This document shows positions 26,201 through 39,400 of a stretch of 64,000 bases of DNA, in pieces. The stretch comes from Hamiltosporidium tvaerminnensis FI-OER-3-3. Taxonomy: Eukaryota > Fungi > Microsporidia. The stretch's first letter is position 1. The number at the start of each line of letters is the position of its first letter. The DNA lies in the NCBI GenBank assembly GCA_022605425.2, contig JAKIMF020000007.1, positions 1,374,880 to 1,438,879 on the forward strand. Direction: 5' to 3'. The notes below the pieces were generated by a model, which was given only the letters and a program-made list of their open reading frames with translations, made no database searches and was not told the DNA's origin. The translations under genes were made by a program, and so were the position numbers.

Positions 26201-28039
26201 AGACATATATTCCATTTCAAATACATTTAAAATAATGCTTTAAATTATGTTATACAAATTTTAGTATCGTAAAATATTTATTTGATAGTTAACAAATATA
26301 AGTTTATTCATTTAAATGAAAAAGTTTAGATATATATTAGATAAATTATTGGGAAGAGATATAACGATTAAAAAGCTTTAAAACATTAAATCAGTTTCTT
26401 AACTAAAGAATTTACAATTCAATATTAAAAAAGCTCGTAAATATAGAGGTATTTATCACAAATCTTATATTAAATTTTAAATTATTAAATCACCCGAGAA
26501 AAAGATAAATTCTAATAAACTTCTTTTATTTCATAAAATTTTAGATTTATATTAGTTTTTATTTTTGATTTGAAGTCAAGAATAAATATCACAATTAATT
26601 CTATTTTTAAACCAACAAGATAGTATATAACGATCTTTATGAAGAAGAATGTATTATTATAACCTTTTACAGGAATTTCAACCTAGTAATGAATATATAC
26701 ATATAAATAGAGTATAAAACATTTTAAATATAATAAAAGTATTTCAAAATATATAAAACGACCTTTCTTTCTTATAAAAAGTCAAAAAAAAAGTATTTAG
26801 AAATTATATTTAAGGATTAAAATCGCTTATAACATATTCAAATAATTCAATGGATTTTAGGATAATTAAGCAGTATTTTCATACTAAAAGAAAAAAATTA
26901 TTGAGTAAAAATACTTAAAAGTTTTTTAGAAATATATTAATTTATGAATAAATTTGGTTTTATTTATGCCTCAACCTTGTTATTTCTAACATTTTTAAAT
27001 TCGTTATTTTTTTTTAAATTATTCAATCGACATTTTATTTATTCAAATTAACAATGAGTTGCTTTTTAATGAATTTAAATATTTGATTGTTAATGAAAGC
27101 CTTATCACTAATATATACTAAAGAAAATTGAAGAAATAATTTTTTGTATGTCATTCCACCTTTAACACATTTCATTTTAAAAATTATTATTGATCGTTAG
27201 TATTGGACTTAATCTTAATTTGATTTAGAGATCTGATTTATATAATTTACGATATACACTATCCTGAATAATCTCTTAATTTGTTAAAATGCTGAATAAT
27301 TAGACAATACTTACTTATATGAACTTAAACAATTATTACAACTTATTAAATAAAGAATAACGTCATATTACAATAAAAAAGCTTTTAATTAATTTTTTTT
27401 CAAATTTTTATTTTTTTTCTGTTTTATAAATAAAAAAATAAAATTTAAGAACTTGAGATATAAAATATTCACATTTCTTTTTATTTATTCTTGATTGAGA
27501 TTAACAACTCTTTAAATGGTTGTTTATAATAAATTCTTAGCTTTAAAAACGGAATAAAATTAAAATTACATATAAGTGATTTAAAATAAAATGAAAATAT
27601 AATAGAAAAAATAAAATAAAGAAATAGATATAATTAACGCAATTGAATTTATTTTAATAATTATAATGTGCAAAACAACAGTACTGAGAATTCCACTTCT
27701 TTTACAAACATTTTATTATTATTAGAAAAATAGTTTTTCTAATTCAATAAATATTAGCAAATCTATAAATAATATACTAGAATTTATTATTTTAAAATGA
27801 AGATATAAGTAATTACTATTCAATAAAGCATATATATGAAGAATGCTACCATATATATTTTAAATATCAAAAATGAATTGTATTTAAAATTAATTGTAAC
27901 AAAGTATTTCAAATGAAGACTTAATGTTTTTAAGCAACCATACTTTCTAATCTATTTATTTAAAAAAAGTATCTGCTTATCATTGATTTTAGAGATAATA
28001 AGACAAGAAGGGATTTAAAGGAAATAAATTTAGGAAAAC

Positions 28040-29705
28040 AATTAAAGGGTGTAAGTTATAAGGGTAGTATGGATTGGGGGTGTAAACAACAAGGTGTTAG
28101 TGGTAAAGCAAGAAATTATAAGGGTTTTAATATTAATATGGGTGTATAAAATGGTTTTAATCACAATTGTGATAGAGAAAGGGTGATAATCACAATTGTA
28201 ACTAATAAAGGGTGTTATTTTCAAGACATATGTATAAAAGCGTGTTAATCACAATTGTAATAAATAAAGGGTGATAATCACAATTGTATTTAATAAAGGG
28301 TGTTTTTTTCAAGACATATGTATAAAAGGGTGTTAATCACGAAGTAACTAATAAAGGGTGATAATCACATTATAGCCAATAACGGGTGTTATTTTCGAGA
28401 CATATGTATAAAAGGGTGTTAATCACAATTGTGATAAAGAAAGGGTGATAATCACAATTATAGCTAATAAAGGGTGTTATTTTCAAGACATATGTATAAA
28501 AGGGTGTTAATCACGAAGTAACTAAAAAAGTTTATGATTGAAAAACATAACAAACAGGGTTTTAATACTATTTATATTAGATAAAGGGTAGTATTTCTAT
28601 GACAGATGTATAAAAGGGTGTTAATATACATGGTAGTAGATAAAGGGTGTTAATACAAATGGTAGTGGATAAAGGGAGTTAATATAGGCTGTATCAATAA
28701 CGGGGTGTTAATGTTATAAAAGTGTTATTACGGTGTTAGTAATAAAGATAGAAATTATAAGGGTGTTATTTATATTGAGGTTATACTTTAAAGAGTCTTG
28801 TAGTATAGCTATTTATATAGATAAATAAAGGGGTGTTATTATAAAGATAGATATAAGGTTAGGGTGTTAATATAAAGCTATTTATACACATAAATAAAGG
28901 GGTGTTAATTTATATAATATTCCTATTAAAATATAAAAGGGTGTTAGTAAATGTGCTTCAGAAAATAGATAACTGGGTGTTAATTTATGAAATATCTCCA
29001 GATATATAAGAGGGTATCATAATTTTAAAATTTATAGGAAAAGATAATAGGGGTTTAAGAAAATAAAATAACAAAATGAAAAATAAAAGGGTGTTAGTAA
29101 AAAATTAATAAATTGGGTGTTATTTATAGTGATGCTCAAAATAGAGAATAGTAGGGTGTTAATAATACATATTTAAAACAGTATGTAAAAGGGTGTTAAT
29201 AATAAAGGCATTAATACAATAAATAACAGGGTGTTAATATTAATATTTAAAGCAGTATATAAAAGGGTGTTACAAATCTAGGCATTTATAAAATAAATAA
29301 CAGGGTGTTAATAAGGAGACTTATAATTTGCGCTAGAAGGGTGTTTTACTGGATCTTAGAATTTATAGGAATAAATAACAAAATGTTAGTAAACAAGAAA
29401 TACTTCAATATAAATAACAGGGTGTTAGTAATAAAGTGATTGGTTATTGAAATAGCAGGGTGTTATTGAAAATAATATTTCAAAGGATATATATAGAAAG
29501 GCCTTACCATATAAATACGGTTAACTCTATACAAAAGGGTCTAAGTATTATAGATATTTATACCAATAAATAACAGGGTGTTATCGATAAGAATAAATAT
29601 TTAAAATTTAAAAGGGTGTTAGTAATAAGACAATAATAAACAAAATAAGGGTGTTAATTATACGGATATATTTTACTAAAAGAATGGGTGTTAATTATAT
29701 GGATA
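28040..29705 (+). repeat. (A/C)AGGGTGTTA-anchored minisatellite, with a homogeneous 86-88-bp trimer at 28160-28525
   Basis: Dozens of AGGGTGTTA/AGGGTGATA words roughly every 30-60 bp; AGACATATGTATAAAAG at 28224, 28312, 28398 and 28486. Confidence 0.92.
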
Positions 29706-29849
29706 CTTAAAAAGATTGGATTGTTACTGATATATATAATGAAGCTATACCAAACAAAATCTAGGAAAAATTTAAAAAGAAATATAAGTAATTTTTATTT
29801 CTGAAACATTATTAACTATTGTTAAATTACTCTTAGTATACATAAAGTT

Positions 29850-32800
29850 TTTTTTATATAAAATCTTATATATTTTAAGAGAATTTTTTCATACTTGTCT
29901 TATCTTTTCATACAGTATATACAAAATATATTAAACAAATTTAAAAAAAAATAGGTATTAAATTACAATAAAAATAATATAATTCAAAGGCAAATCAAAT
30001 AAAAAAATATCAACCCGATATTTTACATGTATATCATTCCTTAATATCAAACCTAATGCATTTTTTCAAATTTAATTTTTTTTCATTTTTTTTGGATCTT
30101 TCATTGCACTATAGGAATCCAGATTGAACAAATCTAAAAAAATAAAGAAACTGAATTTTACGCTAAAAATGACTTAATTAAATATTAAACAATCTTATAG
30201 ATTCATTATAAACCAATTCAAAGTATATTATAATATTTTTAATAAGTTAATCTTATTTCTTATGAATTTCATTTTTATTGAATATCTTATACTGATATAA
30301 TAGAAAATATATCTAACAAAATCGAAAAAATTAGGTAATAAGATTGACGAAAACATCACCTAATTGTAAAATAAAGAAACGTATTGGTTTTATTATGAAA
30401 CATTCTGTTAGTATCTTAAGAATTTTTTAAGTACAATTCGAATATTTTTTTAGATCATCTTGCTAAAGTTTTTTGATTGCTTAATACAATATATAGAAAA
30501 TATATTGAAGAAAATAGAAAAAAGTGGTAATGATACTTTTCCAAAATATAAACAGATACAATTATAAACAGAATATGTTATATTATCATAAACTAATCTG
30601 AAGCACTACAGAAATTTTGAAACATTAGATTATATATCTTTTGAGTTGAATTTTTTAATCATTTTCAAAGTGTTTCATGTATTATATGCAAAATATATTG
30701 AACAAAGTAAAAATAAAATAAAATTAATACAAAATATGAACAGATTTTATTGTCAAGCATAAAATAAAATTAGTTGCCTCAAATCCAATATGCTTTTAGC
30801 ATTTCTTATTTAATAAAACATATATTTTTCTAAATCTATTTTCTCAAAATTTTATAAACGTCTATACGACTATATAGACCAAATCAAATAAAAGTAAAAA
30901 AAAATAGATTTAGAAAAACCACAAGCGAATCAAGAAAGATTGTTGTAAACATTTTAATAGATTCTAATATGAAGATTTGATATATTTTCATTGCTTTTAA
31001 TCTTTTAAAAACATATATATATTTAATCCATTTTCGTACAATTTTCACTTCGTTCAAACTACTATGGTAAACTGTATTGAATAAAATTTAAAAAAATAGA
31101 TTTAGAAAAATTTACTTTTACTAGCCTAAATTTTATATTAGATAATCCATTTAAATTTATAAACTCATTTGTACTATAAAATAAATTTTAAACATTTAAT
31201 CATATTTCTTTTTGACTTTTTTTTTACAGATTTCAGGATCTTTCATACCACTATAGTAAACTATATTGAATAAATTTGAAAAAATATGTATTAAAAATTT
31301 ATAAGAAACAATAAACGAATTTTATATTGAACAATGTTAATGTTTTATTTTAAAGTCAAATTTAGTATTTGTATGTAGTTTAAAATTAAAAACTATTTTT
31401 TTGAATTTATTTTCTTACGTATTTTGGAATTATTTTATAAAGTATACAAGAAAAGATTTCGAGCAAGATAGAAAAATAAAAGTAATAAAGTTTACATTAA
31501 ACATCATAAAATTATAGTATTTACGAACTATTTAATATATTTGTAATGTTTTTCAAGCAACGAAACATATTTTTTGTAAAAATTAAATTTTTTGATTATT
31601 TTTAAATTGTCTATACTATATACAGAAACTATTTCAAAAAAAAGAAAAAAATTGGTAGTATAAATTCACACAAAAAATAAGCCAATTTTATTATAAATCA
31701 TAACATAAAATTATATAATAAATATCTGAAACTTTTCCTGCTTTTTTTAGTATTTTAATAATATATTTTTTCAGTATAATTTTTTTGTAATACTTTAGAA
31801 TCTTACATACGATTATATGGAAACTAGATCAACTAAAATCTAAAAAAGTAGGTATTTAAAAATAAACTAAAACATTTACAAATTTTATATGAAACAAATC
31901 CATTAACTCATTAAAATATAATTGCTAGTGCTAAAAGTATCTTTAAGGATTAAAACCAATATTTCTTTTGATTTCTTTTAATTTTTTTTTGTTCTAATTT
32001 TCGATCGTTTCATATACTATATAGAAAATATATCGAGCTCAATCGAAAAAAATAAAGTTCCAATATTCGAAAGAAAACCGGATAAAATTTTATTTCAAAT
32101 ACATTTATATAGCTATTATAAGATAAATTGTTATATCTTTAGTGGGTTTAAAGTATTAGAACATAATATTTTCTTGTCTTAGTTTTCATAGATTTGGAAT
32201 TGTCAATACTACTATAGTAAAATGAATTGCACGAATTTAAAAACATAGGTATTTAAAGATTACAAAAAACATAATCAAATTTTATACAAATAGAACTATC
32301 GACTCAACAAAATATCATTCGTAATATTAAAATTATTTTTAAAGTACTGAGCCAATATTTTTTTTAACCACAGTTTTACAAATTTTTAGATCGTTTCATA
32401 TATTATATAGAAAATATACCGAACAAAATCAGACTAAATTAGGTAACAAAAATTAATAGAAAAAAGGATCAAATTTTATTTCAAACTATAAAATAATATT
32501 TAAAACCAAGCATTTGATATATTTTAAGAAAATATACTTCTAATTAAACAAATATTTTTAAAATCGTTTTTTTTTAATATTTTTGAATCGTTAATTTACT
32601 ATAGAAAAATGTAATGAAAAAATTGAAAAATTTAGGTAATAAAAAATATTGAAAAAAATTCCAAATATAAAACTAAAGGAGACAAAAAATATTATTGCAC
32701 ACCTATTAGTAGTGTTTGCAGAAATTTTTTAAAAAAATAAAATATATTTCGGTTGCAGTATTTTTCATAGTTTTGGAATTGTAAATACCACTATAGTAAA

Positions 32801-33350
32801 ATGAATTAAATAAATTTGAATAAAAAATAATAAAAAAATTTAATAGAAAACATGACTTAATTTAAAAATATATAGACTCATTATGTTTTTATCCGAGAAT
32901 TTGTTGCAATTTAGTAACTTTATATATCTAATCTTTTATTTATAAAACTTGATTGCTTCATGCATTATAGACCGAAAAACTTGAAACTAATGAAAAAGGA
33001 TTATTAATAAATCTTAGTAAGAACAAATATTATAGTTTAGGCCTAAGTAACTTAATAGGTTATTATAATTGAGCTTTGTATTTGCAGAAATTTTTAAGAC
33101 ATCAGATCTTATTTATTTTTAAAATTTATTTTTTTTACAATTTTTTAAATGTTAATACGAAAACTAGTCCGAGACTATACTTAAAAAAATCCAAAAACCT
33201 ACACACAAAAATTTACAATAAATACTGCAAGTTTTAATTTTAAAACTCTAATTAGTATGTATGTTTTTAACTCAATATTTAGTAATTTTAGAAGCGTTCC
33301 ATACACTCTAAGCAATATTGTCAAATAGACATAAAAAATAAAAAATAAAT
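29850..33350. repeat. Diverged ~190-bp tandem satellite, array 2 (~18-19 units)
   Basis: Same core and orientation near 29914, 30108, 30292, 30488, 30681, 30869, 31061, 31250, 31441, 31615, 31812, 32016, 32211, 32402, 32598, 32790, 32964. Confidence 0.85.
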
Positions 33351-36300
33351 ATCACATTAAAATAGACCAATTTTTGTTTTAAACAAAGATTTTTTAACTA
33401 TATAAAATACTTATGAATATACAATATTCTTAGCATAAAGATATGTTCTTTTAACTCGTTTTTTTTTCAATTAAGGTCATAAAAGATTATAAAACCTAGT
33501 AAATCTTCATAGACATAATATTTTTCCTATAAAGAGACATTTTCGCTACCTTTCTGCTTATATTAAAATGTAATATTCTTAAAAAAACTTATTTTATTTT
33601 TAAATGATAATTTTCAAAGATATAATCAATCAAAAAATATGAATATAGAAAAGACATAACATACTTCACACTAGATCTAACTTACTTTCACAGTGTATAG
33701 TCTTTGAACTTAATTCAATATTTATAAGATAACCTACCTTATTGTAGATTTTCTAGTAAAGTATGAAATTTACACAAATCATATTTAAGTCATATTAAAT
33801 AGATATAGCTGACAATCAATTCCATGATTTAACATTAAGTAAACAAGAACGTTTGAAAAATGTTGAATTTGATTATTATGGTGATATGAAATATAACTGC
33901 AAAAAATAAAGAACTTAAAAATAATTTTGGAAATATAGTCAAAAAATGAAAAAGAGATAAAAAGTACGACTTACACAAAAGCATGAAATAGAAAGTCGAA
34001 AATAGTGTACAGATATAACGTAGAATTAAAATATATTTAATAAGTAAAATGAAATAACCGAATTCTAAAAATGTTATTACCATCTAACAAAGTAATAAGA
34101 AATAATGAATATATGAAAGTTTATTTAATGTATCAAAAATATAATTTAATATATGTTATTATTATCGGATATATTTGCACTGATTTTGTTGGCTTTATAG
34201 TTTTAATATTTTCTTTTCCATACTTTAACATCTCATTTATATTTTGAGTCTTTTCACCATATATAGGGCTTGGTAAACTTCGTGCTTGTTAGCTTAGCAA
34301 CCGTTTAAAATAAATTTTTAACGTAACAAGAAGGATAATCAATGAACAAAAGAAATAAAAATACCAATCAGAAATAAATTATAGGACAAATTAATATTAT
34401 AGAAGATAAAACACTTTTTATTTTAATATTTATGAATTCTAAATAGTAACTCTTTTTATATTGATAAAGAAATAAAGATAATGTATTGCTCAGAGACTAT
34501 TTCAGGTTTAGACAATCAAAAAACGTTAAATATAAAATGAATAGAGGATAAAGGTTAAGAAATAAAGAGAGGTATTATTTTTATATAGATTATAGGTAGG
34601 TATATTGAATTATATGTATAATAGAAACTAGTGCATGGTTGATAAATGATTAAGAGAGGGATTTTATTATATATATGGAAATTATAAAGGTTCTGATAAG
34701 AAAGATAATAGAGATAAGATTATTTGTAATAATACTAGAGAAAAATGTTATAGCAACCAAATATTGATCATTAAAATATATTTGGTTATTATATTCGCTG
34801 TAACTTGTTCTCAAAATAAATTGTTAGCATAGGCGCCAAGTTGTTCTTATTCGGGATATTTTTAAAGGTTTACAATTGAGTTTTCTAATAAAAAAAGAAC
34901 AATGAGAGGTTCATAATAAAGGAAGACATATTATATTCCGAACTTTACTCGATAAAGCACGGCGCAATATGGTGAAATAAGATAGGTAGAACGTTCGTAT
35001 CTTAACTAAATATTCTGAATAGTTATTATGGCTTAATAAAATCTTACAAGTATATATATTCCTTTTCTTTTTATAACAATCTATTATAGTTCAGATGGGA
35101 TTTTTTAAAAAAAGATAAAAGCAATAAAAATTCTACTCAATACTTTAATCGACTATATAATAGTATGATGTATAACGATGAAGTTACTAAAAAAAGACAG
35201 ATTTACAAGGAATATATTTAGCGTTTTTTTATAAGAATTGAGTATAAAATAAAGTGAAAACCCGAAATAATATATCTTATAATAGAGGTTATTGACCAGT
35301 ATTTTTATTTGGTTTAACTAATTTTTTTATTCGAAGTCCTCTAATAGGAATCCTTTATATCTTTTATGAATATTTTATTTTAGAAATAAATTAGATTTTT
35401 AAACTGAATTTTTATTATATGCGCTGTTTCTAGATTATCATTATACTAGGAAAAAAGTACTACTATTCAAAAACTAGCGAAAAAAGTATAAGTAAATAAA
35501 ACAGAAAAAGAATCTTTACTAAGTAGCGTTTGTGCTCAGCATAAATAGCAATTTTTTATTTAAATTGCAATTATCGTTAATATTTTTTACAATTGTTCTA
35601 TTTAAACAAATTAACATAGAACTAGTTCATGATGCAAATAGGGTTTTAAATTTTTTATTTTTGTATAAAATTTTTGACTAAGTTAGCGGGTATTACTTCT
35701 TTTACTTCCTGTGACTTTATCAATTCAATTTTTAGATTTAATCTGAAACATAATTTTTCTAAAGATAGATGAATAAAGAAAATATATTTATGTTTTTTCT
35801 AAATTATTAAATCTTAATAAGCCTAGAAAAAGAGGTATTAAATTAGAGTGAATCGGAAATAGATTGGCAATCTTTAGAAATTTTTTAGAAGATTCATATA
35901 AAATGTAGAATCAAACTTTGGGATCACACTCACAAAACAATGGATTTCTAAATCATACTGAAATAATGTTAATCAAGTATAGTATAAAATATATATTGAT
36001 TTTTTAGTACTTTATCTTTATTTGAGAAAATATTCTATTATCAATTCATATTTTCATTCTTTATTATGTTTTTTCGCTTCATTATATGTTTAGATGCATT
36101 ATTGTCCGTATTTGTGTCATACCGGGTTTTTAGATTTAGAGAAAAATAAATTCATATATTTATGCTCCTATAGAAGCGTACGCTTACCAAATAGACATCA
36201 AATATAGATACTCTTTATTATCTTTTACGAAAAACACAAAAACATACGTCTTACTGGATGTATTTTCGACATTCCAACCAATTGGATAAACATCTCTGTT

Positions 36301-37377
36301 CTAAATTGCATATATTATTAGAATATAAATGCCAAGATAATAACTTAAGATTTATATAAATGTGTGTAATATGAGATCGCATGGGAAACCTGATCTTTGA
36401 ACTCCTTATTCATTTAAAAAAATATGTTTTAAATAGTTAAATGTGTAAAAATGATTAACGATTGATTATTTTAAATGCTTAAATAGATATAATTTATCAA
36501 AAACTTTACTTTCCGACTCTCTTTTGTGTAAAAGTTTAAATTAAATTTGTTTGTTGCAAAATAAAGAGAAGAATTTCTTAGTTTCCTGATAATATAAATT
36601 TCTGACTGGCTTCAAACAATTCACATAGATTATAAAATTTTTTTTGACACACCGTAAGCTACAGCAGTAAATATAATTTTAGATAACTGAATACGGTTTA
36701 TACATCATCTATCTATTTTTAAGGTATTTTATTAATTTTTCGTGAAATAATGTATAAACGATATGAGAACACGATCAATATATATCGTACTTAGAAATAT
36801 ACGAAGAATAAAAATGCAATTTGCGATGAATTTCTTAAATTTACTCTCTTCAAATTTTAACTATGTGCTAAAAACATACAGAAATATTTAAAACGAAAAG
36901 AGGCACAATACTATCCTTCTATTAAATTACAATTTTTAAATTGAAAATAATTTTTCGTTGATTATATTACTATTTAAGACATATAGTATTAGCCTTATGA
37001 TGCCTGAATTAAGAAATCATATTGAAATTGCTCTTTAAGAAAACGAAAGATAGATTATTCTGAAAACCGAAGGAACATCTATATTTTTTTCATTTATTAA
37101 CATTCGCATATATAGGGCATGTTATACTTATAATGAATACATATATCAACATCTTTTGAAATGTTTAGAAGTGCTATTGATAACAAATATAATTTTACAT
37201 CTTCTTAATTATTCTAAAAATGATATAGTTTTAATACCAAGGCATATTTACTTTTAGAGGGAGATGACTAAAACAATAATCTTATTCAAAACATTACATT
37301 TTTTTTTACTAAGAATGGTAAGTTTTCAATTTGTATTTGTGACTTCAACGTAGTTCAGGTTTAACATAAATAAATAA

Positions 37378-39400
37378 ATGCTACCCGACACACCTTCAGT
37401 ATTTTTACGATACCCACGTTCCCAAGCCCTTCATCTAAAAAATGTGAAGACCTAATTAATAGACGAGGCGGTTTCTCGGTGTGCGTTAATGTCGATTTCA
37501 TTATGTGTACTCACGAGCCAAGCCCATCTTTAGTTCTCCCAAGACTATGCGGCGTTTCCACTAACGCAGCGCCTACCGAATCTAATTCACGTCTGGCTAA
37601 GTTATATCTTAGAGACTTACATCTAATCTATCTAGACAGTGCGGTGTCATACCAACAGATACAACCTGCTAGTTAGCTTTTATGGCTTTAAATAATTTTT
37701 ATTTTAATATCACAGGCGCCAATCTTATAACACGAGTAAGCAAGGCCAAGGCTCAATGCTTCTTCTTTATGACAATGGCTTACAAGTTCGTCTGAGGTTC
37801 CATTCTGCCACACAAAAAACTACAAATAAATTTTTAGAAAAGTCTTACTATTGCGTAGACTTCCTCATACAAACCTTTACGGGAAAACAGAAAATATAGT
37901 GTGCTTTAATTCCCATCCTAAATCCAAACAATGATATTCATACCAGTTTCACATACTCAATGCCCACCAGAAATTTTTTTTGTGGCAATCCTCCCTTCAC
38001 CAAAAATTACAAATACAATTTAAATTTATTGTTTACGCTCAAAATAGAAAAAATTAAATATTTATGATTTTAGCATAGTACAAGTAGGGTTAAATTTTTT
38101 TATAAATTTAGTAAGACGTTTTTCGAATGAATTAGAAATAAATCGAGATATTTGAATAATGTAACCATATGATATTGACGAATAAATCGTTTTAACTGTA
38201 AAATCACTATTTAAAAACATATTTTTAAAATTTAGAATAAAAAATTGCAGAAATGTTTTAAAAATCATATTTTGAAACAAAATCTAATGAAATGAAATTT
38301 TAACTGAACTTTTACTAATTTTGGAAACAGGAAAAACAAATATTAGAGATGTTCACATGTTTTAATTATTAATTTTTTCTTTTGGTGTTAAATCAAATAA
38401 AAGATTGTGGTTAAAACAATTTAATTTCTTTACATATTTTAAAAATTTCTATCCTTATGTTTCTGATATCAAAAGATTATTTTTCATTGATGAAATTGGA
38501 ATGAAGAAGTAACTCAAGAAATGTAAACAGGAAAGATGAAAAAGTGTGTAATAGCTATAAAGGTGAGGATGTATGATGTTTATTATTTTTATTTGCATCT
38601 CAATGTATTCCCCAGAAATTAATTATCTTAAAAATAGTTTTCAGTTACAGTTCAGATATATGATTGTTAAATTATATTGTGATGCTGTTGGATATCCGGC
38701 CACAACACCGTGAAAGTTTTATGAAGCAAATGATTCGATTATTCAGTTTATTTCCGTATTATATTATTACCTAAAGCATTTTTTTATAAGAAAATTTTAT
38801 CCAAAAAGTTCTTTTTATTTAATATGAACAAAGTTTTTCCTATTACCCTTGGAGAAGAAGAAAGAAGCATAGGGGAGGTTTAATACCTAAAGCATTGTTA
38901 AGTAGGTTATATTCGATGCTGAGGTTTTATGGAGAGTTTTTGGAAGAAATTGAGCAATTTTGGATTGTATCTAACAGTAGACTTCTACATTTGCAATCTT
39001 AGTTACAACTGAGCACAATTTAGAAATTCTTTTCCTTGTAGAACTAGAAAGCATGGAACGTTGTTAAGATGCAAATTCTGGTAATTTTATGTGTTACCTA
39101 ATCTAATTCCGAAAAAATATTTTTTTATTGGCCTATGAGAAGGAAAAAGACCTAAGTGGTTTTGATTGAATCAGATATGTATTTTAAGTGATGAAATCTA
39201 AATATTAAATTCAAATATTTATCTTAAAGTGAAATTAAAAATAGCTATTTGATATATTTAGAATATCAGAATTGTTTATATCTATAAAATTACTTTGGAT
39301 GAATTCCTTGTAATAACTTGAGAACAGATAGAAATGTTCGTTTGTTTTCTAAGAAATACGAATTTGTAGGAATTTAATGATTTTAAGGTATAAAAAAATA
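37378..39400 (+). pseudogene. Decayed coding sequence of an unidentified multicopy family
   Basis: Peptide-level similarity to cassette 4: PDTPSVFLRY/PNTPSLPLEY, RLAKLYLRDLH/QLAKIYFGELH, NSRNVNRKDEKVCNSYKGED/NSRNTNKKEENGCNGYISED, NYIVMLLDI/DYIVMLLDI. Many stops and frameshifts. Confidence 0.55.

Noticed and set aside
28040-29705. CRISPR-like repeat-spacer appearance
   Set aside because: Repeat is only ~9 bp, spacers are themselves repetitive, no cas genes, eukaryotic context
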